Made by a program: the position numbers and the translations under genes
Notes under the pieces: model-generated
What the model saw: the letters and a program-made list of their open reading frames with translations, nothing else
Told to the model about the DNA's origin: nothing
Database searches by the model: none
Part shown: positions 1-8,068 of the stretch, piece by piece
Layout: every line of letters starts with the position of its first letter
Position numbering within the stretch: position 1 is the stretch's first letter
NCBI GenBank assembly: GCA_043801585.1
Contig: JAZDLX010000012.1
Span: forward strand, 1 to 17,465
Source of the DNA: a bacterium
Lineage (GTDB): Bacteria > Electryoneota > Electryoneia > Electryoneales > Electryoneaceae
Length of the DNA: 17,465 nucleotides
Reading direction: 5' to 3'

Positions 1-83
1 GTGCTTACCTGACCCCCTTCCTGCAACGCCAGACGGACAAACTCCAAACGCAAAGACACGGATGTTACCTCCCGCCAGGGCAT
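1..83 (-). CDS. IS481-family transposase, N-terminal fragment (partial)
   Basis: Not in the ORF track. ATG at 83 preceded by AAGGAGG (96-90). Reads MPWREVTSVSLRLEFVRLALQEGGQVS..., matching the MPW(K/R)E...R.EFV N-terminus of IS481-family transposases. Confidence 0.85.
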   Translation of the reverse strand, partial: MPWREVTSVSLRLEFVRLALQEGGQVS

Positions 84-175
84 GATGATCCTCCTTACGA
101 TGAACCATCATGCAAGTTCAGAAAGTGTCACCCATGTCTCCGTACAATGTGTCACCTATGTCTCCGGTCACTACA
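1..175 (-). mobile_element. Left end of an IS481-family insertion sequence (continues beyond the window start)
   Basis: The minus strand starts TGTAGTGACCGGAGACATAGGTGACAC at 175, a 5'-TGT terminus. Two 18-bp subterminal repeats (125-142 gtgtcacccatgtctccg, 149-166 gtgtcacctatgtctccg) are followed by an RBS and a transposase start. This end layout is typical of the IS481 family. Confidence 0.85.
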
Positions 176-343
176 CGAGCAAGTCGGGCCACCCGTCCGT
201 CTAACGGGCAGCCCCAGGTGAAACCCGGCTGGCATAGCAGCCAGGCCACACACCGCCCCCGACTTCTGACGAAGTCGGTCCACGCCCTCACGATGAAAGA
301 TTAAACAGGGAAAACCCGACTTGACGAGCAAGTCGGGCCACCC
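176..343 (-). repeat. Tandem cluster of REP-like palindromes (GTGG + GC-rich stem-loop on the minus strand), 4 units, the first truncated by the IS
   Basis: Plus strand units: 176-194 cgagcaagtcggg-ccaccc (half unit); 224-249 cccggctg-gcatag-cagccagg-ccac; 258-283 cccgacttc-tgac-gaagtcggt-ccac; 315-343 cccgacttg-acgag-caagtcggg-ccaccc. Confidence 0.75.
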
Positions 344-584
344 AGCAGGGTTCTCGTTCTCTGGATCTCTGCAACTCATTAGATATAAAAAGATGGGACC
401 GCTTCTTCCAAAAATGAGATGACCTGACGCCCCGGCTGTTGAACCGCCCATGCCGGTTGGATCCCCGCTGACCGTATCCAGTGGGACGATCAGACTGAGC
501 AGGAAAGTTTCCCGTGCCGTGGAGAATCGACCTTAAAACCATGTAATACAACGCCTTTCTTTTCGCATTCCCGGACTTCCAGGG

Positions 585-614
585 TGTAACCCGGCAACGA
601 TTTCTCCCGTCAAA
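585..614 (+). promoter_or_regulatory. Candidate ECF sigma factor promoter of the ABC permease
   Basis: TGTAAC (585-590), 17-nt spacer, CGTCAAA (608-614). This fits the AAC-N16/17-CGT ECF consensus and lies ~37 nt upstream of the ATG at 651. Confidence 0.5.
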
Positions 615-650
615 GAGGTGAGCCAACCAATCCAACACGGGGAACATTCA

Positions 651-3062
651 ATGTCCGTGAACACCCTGCGACTGCTCTACCGCCAGATGAAACACAACAG
701 GCTCATCACGACCATCAACATCTCTGGTCTGGCGATTGCGATGGCTGTAGTGTTGCTGATCGGGCTCCTGCTGCGATATGAATTGGGATTTGAGAAGAGT
801 CTTCCGAATTCTGAACACCTTGCCATTCTTGGGATTGATGCCCGGCTCGGCAACGATCAGGTGATTACGATTCCAAACGCTTCCGCCCCGATGCCCGTGG
901 ATTTGAAAAACGATGTAGCCGGAATCGAAAACTACTGCAGGATCGACGGGCACGTTTTGAATGAAATACCAATCACAAGCGGTGAAACCAGGTTTATCGA
1001 AACAGGAGTCATCTGGGCAGATTCCAGTTTCTTTCAGATCACGGGTCTGACTCTTTCCCAGGGCGATCCGAACGAAGCTCTTGCCGCTCCCAACTCTGTT
1101 GTCATCACCCGGGACGCCGCCCGTCGTTTCTTTGGAGACGCCGATCCGATCGGCAAGGAACTCCGTTATCGCAACACGCAAAAGTTGAATGTCTCCGGTG
1201 TCATCGAGAGCATGCCTTTTCCGAGCATGTTTCAGGACGTTCGCTACATCATTTCCTGGAACACACGAAACATCAGGGATGACCAGCCCTGGCTGAACAG
1301 CGTGAACTGGCTCACGCTGGTGCAGATTGCGAAGGGAACAATTCTCAAAGACCTTCAGCCAGCGCTTGACGCCTCGACTGAACGCCACACAGGTGAACTG
1401 CTCCGGCAAATAGGTGGTGAATTCCATCTGACGTTGACGTGGCTGCGGGATATCCACCTTCATGGGAATTACCAGGGTGCGGAATTCACCTATGGCCGCA
1501 TCAACTTCGTCATCCAGTTCGCCGCCATCGCCCTTGTGGTTCTCCTGATCGCATCCCTCAATTACATCAACATGACAACGGCGCAGAGCACCCGCCGGGG
1601 GCTCTTTGTAGGGATCAGCAAGACTCTGGGAGCGTCACGAACCGCGCTGGTTCGTCAGTTCCTCGGTGAATCTGTGATCACGTCCCTGTTTGCAACTGCA
1701 ATCGGGGCAGTGGTTGCAGTATTGCTTATTCCAAGGTTTTCGAACCTCGTCGATGCGAACCTCCGTTTCAATCTCCTGAAAGAGCCTCAATTATTGATTG
1801 TCATCGTATTGGCCGCGGTCATCGTCGGACTGCTCGCTGGATTTTATCCGGCGCTGATCCTCTCGGGATATCAACCCGCGAAAGTGATCAAGCGGGAAAT
1901 GTCGCGTGGGCGAGGTGGGGCGAGATTGCGCTCGATCCTGGTTGTCCTGCAGTACGGGATCGCGGTGGTTCTGATCATTGCGAGTCTCGTGGTTCTCCGG
2001 CAAATGCACTATGTGCGGGTTAAGGATCTCGGTTTCAACCGGCACCAGGTGCTGACGGTGCGACTTGGAAACTGGGATTTGATGACCGGGTATCGTGCTC
2101 TCTACGATGAATTCAGAAAACTTCCCTTCATTACAGCCTCCGCTACAGCAGACGATAAACCGCTCCAGTCGGGGGATAACAGCATCTATCATATTCCCGG
2201 AACACCCATGGACGCACAGGTGTTTATCGCCAGCCAGTCGGTGGATCATGACTACATCGACGCGATGGGGATGCATCTGATTGCTGGTCGCAATTTCGAT
2301 CCGGAACGTTCAACCGACAGTACTGAGGCGGTGATTGTCAACGAAGCCGCGGCGAAATATCTTGGATATGGAAAGGACCCCGTCGGCAAACAGATTGACG
2401 ATTACGAATCGGTTGATCCGGTCAAATTCAGCCAGTTGACGATCATCGGAATGGTCAAGGACTTTCATTTCGAATCGTTGCACGATCAGGTTCGTCCGAT
2501 GTTTCTGCGCATCTACGAAGGCTATCCACCCTGGTTGCTGTTTCGTTTACAGCCGGGGACGGAGCAGCAGGCGGTGGCAAAACTGGAGCAGATGTGGAAG
2601 GAGTTCGCCCCTGAGGTTCCGGTCCAGTACTCGTTTCTCGATGAGGAATACAATTCCCGCTACCTCACCGAACAACGGATGAGCGATCTCTTCAACCTGT
2701 TCACTCTCGTGGCCATTTTTGTTGCCAGCCTTGGCCTGTTCGCGCTGGCGACCTTCGCGGCGGAACGGCGGACCAAGGAAATCGGAATCCGAAAGGCGCT
2801 TGGCGCCTCGTCCGGGGAAATTGTTGGACTGTTGGTGCGGGAATTCCTGCTGCTGGTTGCCGTGGCAAACCTGATCGCCTGGCCGGTGGCGTGGTATCTG
2901 ATGCGCAACTGGCTGAACGGTTTCGCCTACCGGATTGATTTCTCCTGGTGGCTTTTCGGGGCAACGGCAGGTCTTTCGCTTCTGCTTGCGGTGGCTACGG
3001 TAAGTGGGCAAGCCTTGCGTGCCTCGTCCACGAATCCGGTAAATGCCCTGCGATATGAATAA
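651..3062 (+). CDS. ABC transporter permease, MacB/FtsX-like, internally duplicated (two periplasmic domains, two FtsX membrane domains)
   Basis: ~803 aa from ATG 651 (GGGGAA upstream; the ORF track starts at GTG 618). N-terminal INISGLAIAMAVVLLI, periplasmic P.SVVIT...A.RFFG...PIGK and IIGMVKDFHFESLH, membrane-domain RRTKEIGIRKALGAS, C-terminal NPVNALRYE. Confidence 0.93.
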   Translation: MSVNTLRLLYRQMKHNRLITTINISGLAIAMAVVLLIGLLLRYELGFEKSLPNSEHLAILGIDARLGNDQVITIPNASAPMPVDLKNDVAGIENYCRIDGHVLNEIPITSGETRFIETGVIWADSSFFQITGLTLSQGDPNEALAAPNSVVITRDAARRFFGDADPIGKELRYRNTQKLNVSGVIESMPFPSMFQDVRYIISWNTRNIRDDQPWLNSVNWLTLVQIAKGTILKDLQPALDASTERHTGELLRQIGGEFHLTLTWLRDIHLHGNYQGAEFTYGRINFVIQFAAIALVVLLIASLNYINMTTAQSTRRGLFVGISKTLGASRTALVRQFLGESVITSLFATAIGAVVAVLLIPRFSNLVDANLRFNLLKEPQLLIVIVLAAVIVGLLAGFYPALILSGYQPAKVIKREMSRGRGGARLRSILVVLQYGIAVVLIIASLVVLRQMHYVRVKDLGFNRHQVLTVRLGNWDLMTGYRALYDEFRKLPFITASATADDKPLQSGDNSIYHIPGTPMDAQVFIASQSVDHDYIDAMGMHLIAGRNFDPERSTDSTEAVIVNEAAAKYLGYGKDPVGKQIDDYESVDPVKFSQLTIIGMVKDFHFESLHDQVRPMFLRIYEGYPPWLLFRLQPGTEQQAVAKLEQMWKEFAPEVPVQYSFLDEEYNSRYLTEQRMSDLFNLFTLVAIFVASLGLFALATFAAERRTKEIGIRKALGASSGEIVGLLVREFLLLVAVANLIAWPVAWYLMRNWLNGFAYRIDFSWWLFGATAGLSLLLAVATVSGQALRASSTNPVNALRYE

Positions 3063-3098
3063 CGGAGCCGGAAGGAACGGAAGCGTTCCACCGAGAAG

Positions 3099-3131
3099 AG
3101 AGGGGCGGTCCCAGTGGGGTCCGCCCCTCTT
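3099..3131 (+). terminator. GC-rich stem-loop after the permease (possible terminator or REP-like unit)
   Basis: agaggggcgg (3099-3108) pairs with ccgcccctct (3121-3130). The U-tract is weak. Confidence 0.45.
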
Positions 3132-3243
3132 GACGGTTCTCTCGCACACGTCGTTCTAACCCCGACCCTTCGAGGGAAGGATCTTTGAGTTCAGCAGTTC
3201 ATTCGCCTGAAAACGCATGGATTCATCACCTCTCCAGCCATCA

Positions 3244-3523
3244 GATGGAGACCTGAAAATTCTCGTTGTGGCAGGTCGTGAATCAGTCGGCTGACTGATG
3301 GAGACCTGCCACTCTTCCGTCAGGTCTCCGTCCCGACCGTTCGGGACTAACGAACCGCCGGAACATTGAAAGGCATGAAACCCGGGAATGAATTTCCGGG
3401 CCACCCGGTCGGGCGCTAACGACCTGACGGAACAAAGAAGGACCCGACACAATAAAAAGATGCGGAGAACAATTAGGGACATTCCCAAAAAGCTTATTGG
3501 GGGACTGTCCCTAATTGTTCTCC
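3244..3523. repeat. Composite palindromic repeat region between convergent genes
   Basis: Direct repeat gatggagacctg (3244-3255, 3297-3308). Inverted repeats gtggcaggtc/gacctgccac (3268-3277/3303-3312) and ttccgtcaggtc/gacctgacggaa (3315-3326/3421-3432). REP-like unit aaacccgggaa-tgaa-tttccggg-ccaccc (3378-3406). Perfect 18-bp inverted repeat 3464-3481/3506-3523. Confidence 0.7.
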
Positions 3524-3540
3524 ATTGGAATGATCGCCAC

Positions 3541-3580
3541 AACAAAAGTAATCGGGGACAGCCCGCAGGCTGTCCCCGAT
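3541..3580 (-). terminator. Rho-independent terminator of the M16 peptidase gene
   Basis: Perfect 13-bp stem atcggggacagcc/ggctgtccccgat (3551-3563/3568-3580) with a 4-nt loop, followed on the minus strand by TACTTTTGTT, 21 nt after the stop codon. Confidence 0.75.
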
Positions 3581-3601
3581 GGGTCGCGAACTAATCAGGG
3601 A

Positions 3602-6403
3602 TTAAGGTTCAATGAGTTTGACTTCGCCGAGAGTCAGGTCCTTCAATCCCTGTTCTACCTTCTCCTTGTCTCCGACAACGACTACCACCATGTGCCCGGG
3701 CGTCACGTACTTCTGCACCATCTGTTTGACGTTCTCTTCGTTCACGTTGTTGACACGGTTGACGTAGGTCTGCCAGTCGTCGAGCGATACTCCTTCGGCA
3801 ACGAGATCCGCCAACGTGTTCGCCGTTGTGGTGATATTCGTGAAGTTTTTCGGGAAGCCCTTGATGCTGTTGTCCTTGGCATAAACCAGCTCGTCGCCAA
3901 CGATCGGCCGATCGCCCCTTGCGTCCCTGAACTCCTTGAAGAATTCGTAGAGCGCACTGTCGGTTACTTCCGTCTGCACTTCCGAATAGGCGATAAATGC
4001 GCCGGTGTTCCGGAGTTCCCTGAAGGTACTGTGAGCACCGTAGGTGTACGCTTTGTCTTCACGAAGGTTGAGGTTGATCCGGCTCATGAATTTGCCGCCG
4101 AGGGCATTGTTCATCACATCTGCAGTCACAGCATCCGCACTGTTGGAAGGGAAAGCGAGGTTCATGATCGCAATTGCGCTCTGCGCGGCGCCGGGTTTGT
4201 CTATCAGGTAGATCGTCGTGGCTTCCGGGGGAGTAGCCTTCGCCACAGCAAGGGTTTTCACTTTGCCTTTTTTCCACTTCGCAAACGCCTTGTCCAGATA
4301 ACTCCTGGCATCATTCAGGGTGATGTCGCCAACGACGACGAAAGTGGCGTTGTTCGGCTTGTAGTTGCTCTTGTAGAAATCAACCAGGTCTTTCCGGGTC
4401 AGAGCGTTGATCGTGGCTTCCGTGCCCGATCCGGTGTAGGGTTGGCCATAGGGATTGTCTGATCCAAACAGCAGTGTCCCGGCCTTTTTAAGGCTTGTTC
4501 GCAACGGCTGGCGATTCTCCGATTCGATCCTGCCGAGGTATTCCTTACGCAGACGCGCAAGTTCCATTTCGGGGAAAGTCGGGTTAATGACCACATCTGA
4601 CATCAGCTCAAGTCCCTCGTCGAACTTGCTCTTGAGCACGTTCAGTGAGACCTGTGTTTTGTCGAAGGAACTGCCCGTTGAGAAATCCGCGCCGATGGAC
4701 AGTTCCGCATCGCTGATCTGAAGGGCATCATGGCTTTTCGTACCCTCGTCGAGCAGCGCGGCGGTCATCGCGGCAGTGCCAAACTTGCCCTGTGGATCCG
4801 CCGACCACCCGGACATCAGAACCAGGTCGGTCTGGATGAGCGGAAAGCGATGATCTTCGACCACCAGCAACCGCGCACCATTCTTCAATTTCCCTTCCTG
4901 GATCGCCGGAGGCGTGAACATCGATTCGGGACCACTCTCTGGAAGATTGTCACGGTCAACGGTGCTCTCAGGCAGCATGACATTCGCATACGTGTCTTCG
5001 GGTTCGGTCATCACTGTTGCCAGCGGAGCCGCCTCCTGGGTGTTCTTGTCGATGGTTTCACCCTTGTTGCCAAGCGCCCCCTCTGGAACGATAACCGTCA
5101 CCGCACGATGCTCGGAAAGGTACTTGCGTGCAAATTCCATCACCGATTCCACCGTTGTATTGGTGTAACGGTCATAATCCCACTGGAATTTGTTCGCATC
5201 ACCGAGATTGAACAGGTAGTTGTTGAAGTTGTTAGCACGGCCGTTGTTGCTCTGCAGGCGGCGGACATAGTCCGTCTGGAAGTTCACTCGCGCACGGTCC
5301 ACTTCTTCCTGAGTGATGCCGTTTTTGAGCAGGTCGGCGAGGATCTCGTTGACGACGTTTTCGATCTCACCGATGTCGCTGTCCGGCTTTCCGTCCACGG
5401 AGATCTCGAAAAGGCTCGAAAGTTTGCTTGAGCTTTGATAGGCTCTTACGTTCTGGGCAATCTGGCGATCATACACCAGCGCCTTGTAGAGACGCGAGGT
5501 CTTGCCGGACGAAAGAATCGAACCGAGGACATCGAACTCAGCGTCACCCGGTTGGAATAGTCCGGGAGTGTGCCAGTCGAGCGTGATCTGCGGCAGGCTT
5601 ACCTTGTCCTCTACTTCAGAGCGGTAATCACGGTCGAGAACAGGGACCGTCGGTACGTATCGCTCGTAAGAGTGACTCGACGGGATCGATCCGAAATACT
5701 TCTCTACCAGCGACTTTGCCTGGTCCATGTCGAAATCGCCAACGATGGCGATCGAGGCGTTGTTGGGCGCGTAGTAGAGACGGAAGAATTCCTTGACATC
5801 GTCCAGGTTCGCCACATCCAGATCGTCCATCTTGCCGATCACCGAGTGATGATAGGGGTGGCTCGGCGGGTACATCATCTCGAGGCCGATCTCGTACCCT
5901 TTTGCATAGGGTTGATTGTCGAGACGCTGGCGGCGCTCGTTCTTTACCACTCCCCGCTGAATGTCCAGCTTCTGCTGGTCGATGCCGGGAAGCAGATAAC
6001 CCATCCGGTCAGATTCCATCCAGAATGCCAGCTCGAGCTCGTTGCTCGGGAGAACCTCGAAGTAGTTCGTCCGGTCTTCACTCGTCGATCCGTTGATCGT
6101 AGCTCCGACTTTCTGAAGGGGAGTGAAGTAATCCTCCGGATAATGCTCGGAACCGTTGAACATCAGGTGTTCAAAGAGATGAGCGAACCCCGTCCTGCCA
6201 GCCTTCTCGTTCTGTGAACCCACATGGTACCAGAAGTTCACGGCGACGGTCGGGTTGCTCCGATCCTGGTACAGGATGACAGTCAGTCCGTTGTCCAGCT
6301 TGTAGGTGTCAGCCTTGAATTCCGGCATGTCACTCGCCATCGCAAGTCCAGTCATCATCATTCCCAAGATTCCGACCGAGATGATCGTTTTCCAGCGCTT
6401 CAT
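3602..6403 (-). CDS. M16-family (insulinase/pitrilysin-like) zinc metallopeptidase, exported
   Basis: 933 aa with a signal peptide (MKRWKTIISVGILGMMMTGLAMA). Inverted zinc motif GFAHLFEHLMF, NGSTSEDRTNY, VVKNERRQR. The second half is a degenerate repeat with LREDKAYTY. AAAGGA upstream. Confidence 0.95.
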   Translation of the reverse strand: MKRWKTIISVGILGMMMTGLAMASDMPEFKADTYKLDNGLTVILYQDRSNPTVAVNFWYHVGSQNEKAGRTGFAHLFEHLMFNGSEHYPEDYFTPLQKVGATINGSTSEDRTNYFEVLPSNELELAFWMESDRMGYLLPGIDQQKLDIQRGVVKNERRQRLDNQPYAKGYEIGLEMMYPPSHPYHHSVIGKMDDLDVANLDDVKEFFRLYYAPNNASIAIVGDFDMDQAKSLVEKYFGSIPSSHSYERYVPTVPVLDRDYRSEVEDKVSLPQITLDWHTPGLFQPGDAEFDVLGSILSSGKTSRLYKALVYDRQIAQNVRAYQSSSKLSSLFEISVDGKPDSDIGEIENVVNEILADLLKNGITQEEVDRARVNFQTDYVRRLQSNNGRANNFNNYLFNLGDANKFQWDYDRYTNTTVESVMEFARKYLSEHRAVTVIVPEGALGNKGETIDKNTQEAAPLATVMTEPEDTYANVMLPESTVDRDNLPESGPESMFTPPAIQEGKLKNGARLLVVEDHRFPLIQTDLVLMSGWSADPQGKFGTAAMTAALLDEGTKSHDALQISDAELSIGADFSTGSSFDKTQVSLNVLKSKFDEGLELMSDVVINPTFPEMELARLRKEYLGRIESENRQPLRTSLKKAGTLLFGSDNPYGQPYTGSGTEATINALTRKDLVDFYKSNYKPNNATFVVVGDITLNDARSYLDKAFAKWKKGKVKTLAVAKATPPEATTIYLIDKPGAAQSAIAIMNLAFPSNSADAVTADVMNNALGGKFMSRINLNLREDKAYTYGAHSTFRELRNTGAFIAYSEVQTEVTDSALYEFFKEFRDARGDRPIVGDELVYAKDNSIKGFPKNFTNITTTANTLADLVAEGVSLDDWQTYVNRVNNVNEENVKQMVQKYVTPGHMVVVVVGDKEKVEQGLKDLTLGEVKLIEP

Positions 6404-6537
6404 CGTTACGAATCCTTTCGTACGAAGTCTTGCGTTGTCTCAACGGGTCTAACGCCCGTTATCAAATGTCAATCAAGATAAACGGTTTGACGAAGCGAGA
6501 CGAGCAAAAAGTGCTGTCTCTCCCCGGGAAGTTGAGA

Positions 6538-7524
6538 CTATTCCCCGTTTGTTTGTTCAGTGCCATCGAGACTCTGGTAGGTCTCAGGAACTTCCAGTTG
6601 TTGGTCTTCCGCGTTCGATGAGTTGACTTTCGGCCTGCGCCAGGGAACCGGAATTAAGAACCCTTTCCGGTAAGCAAGGACGAGGAAAACCACTCCGGCG
6701 GATGTGGCGATGAACGCCGTGATCAGAGAGGCCTCGAGGCCGAATTCCCCTCCTGTCAGGAGCTTCGGACCGTTCAACCTTCCTTCCACCAGGCCCGGCA
6801 CCGCAATGCCGGATACAGGTGTGCCGAAGAGCCCTCCGAGCGTGAAGTTCCATGTGAAATGGATCGCCATCGGTAACCAGAGGCGGCGCGTGTACATATA
6901 GGCGGCGGCCAGGAGAAGTCCCGCTTCAACAGAGATGAAGGTGCTGCTGAGCACGGTCGCGTTGGGATTGCTCAAGTGTGAGAAACCGAACACCAGGGCG
7001 CTCACGATCAACGCAATCCACGATCCGAGACCCTGTTCAACGAGTCGAAAGAGAACTCCTCGCATGTACAATTCTTCCACGTATCCCGACATGATGCTGA
7101 TGTACAGGAAGAAGATCAGATTCGAGAACGAATGGAAACTCCCTATCGAATAGACCCCGGCGAGGGCAAGGATTCCGTGGCTGATGGCGATGATTCCAAA
7201 TCCGACAGCGACACCCAGTCCCAACTCTCCCAGAAATCTGTGGCTTCCGAATTCCCGGACCCGCCGTTTCTCAAACACTCGGACGTAAAGGATGTACATC
7301 CCCTGCATGAAAAGAATGGTGAGAATGAGGCGGAAGAATCGCCAGGGTTCCATGAGGCTTGCCGGGATGTACGGGTCGAGCAGATGCAACAACCTGTTCA
7401 ACCCACCGGTGGGAACGGAAATGATGACGAGAGCAAGGATGATCCTGACAAGGAAGAAACTCGTGATTCGATTGTACCACAAACGATTTACAGGAGGACT
7501 GGTGGAAAAATCCGATTCATCCAT
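6538..7524 (-). CDS. CPBP-family (Abi/CAAX) intramembrane glutamic endopeptidase
   Basis: 328 aa with several hydrophobic segments. Motifs EELYMRG, FGFSH and HFTWN, plus TGGEFGLEAS. GGAGG RBS upstream. Confidence 0.92.
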   Translation of the reverse strand: MDESDFSTSPPVNRLWYNRITSFFLVRIILALVIISVPTGGLNRLLHLLDPYIPASLMEPWRFFRLILTILFMQGMYILYVRVFEKRRVREFGSHRFLGELGLGVAVGFGIIAISHGILALAGVYSIGSFHSFSNLIFFLYISIMSGYVEELYMRGVLFRLVEQGLGSWIALIVSALVFGFSHLSNPNATVLSSTFISVEAGLLLAAAYMYTRRLWLPMAIHFTWNFTLGGLFGTPVSGIAVPGLVEGRLNGPKLLTGGEFGLEASLITAFIATSAGVVFLVLAYRKGFLIPVPWRRPKVNSSNAEDQQLEVPETYQSLDGTEQTNGE

Positions 7525-7649
7525 TAGCTACCTCCGTCGTCAACGTCCGGGTGTGCAAAATGGCGCAAGGTTGCACAAACTGGCAAGGCAAGAATGAGAA
7601 TAAACAGGACCTGCCTTTATATCTCCCGAGTCATCACGATCATGGTAGT

Positions 7650-7874
7650 TCAGTTCTGATCTCCTCCAGCATCGAGCAAACGGCCTGCGGCTTCCTCGTC
7701 ATCCCCGGCGATCATCAGCTTAACGCCGATGGCCTGCTGCAGATGGGGATGAAAACCGCCGGCGTCGTCTTTCATCACGTAGCTGGATATCCCGAAGCTT
7801 TCCAGATAGGATTGAGCCAGTTGAGCTTCGATTACTGTCGTATAGCGACGGATGACGACAGGTTCACGATTCAT
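7650..7874 (-). CDS. DUF2007-like small putative signal-transducing protein
   Basis: 74 aa from ATG 7874 with AAGGAGGA 8 nt upstream. MNREPVVIRRYTTVIEAQLAQSYLESFGI...GVKLMI...DEEAAGRLL fits the EA.L....L.S.GI / V.L.V...D.E.A..LL pattern. Confidence 0.8.
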   Translation of the reverse strand: MNREPVVIRRYTTVIEAQLAQSYLESFGISSYVMKDDAGGFHPHLQQAIGVKLMIAGDDEEAAGRLLDAGGDQN

Positions 7875-8068
7875 CTCACCATTCCTCCTTGATCGCCGGC
7901 CCAGGACCGTTGCGGCAGCAGGATTTCCCGGGAACCACGAGAGGCAAGCCCGGCGTGTTCCGGTCCACCGCAGATTCCGGGATGTCATTTGGTCTTTCGC
8001 CCAAGCCTACAAGAAGGCGAGGCACCTGTGGTCCCCGGAACACGTCGATCTCGATGGGGTGCATCTGG

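Noticed and set aside
110..304. 64-aa ORF with repeated VSPMSP
   Set aside because: It is just the translation of the IS subterminal repeats and REP units.
125..343. Possible CRISPR array
   Set aside because: Repeats are degenerate and unevenly spaced, with no cas genes. An IS end plus REPs explains them.
3156..3594. ORFs 3156-3545 (-) and 3388-3594 (+) in the palindromic gap
   Set aside because: No family resemblance, and they run through repeats and a terminator.
7561..7575. Sigma54-like TGGCGC...TTGCA
   Set aside because: GG-to-GC spacing is 9 nt rather than the required 10, and it points away from the nearby start codon.
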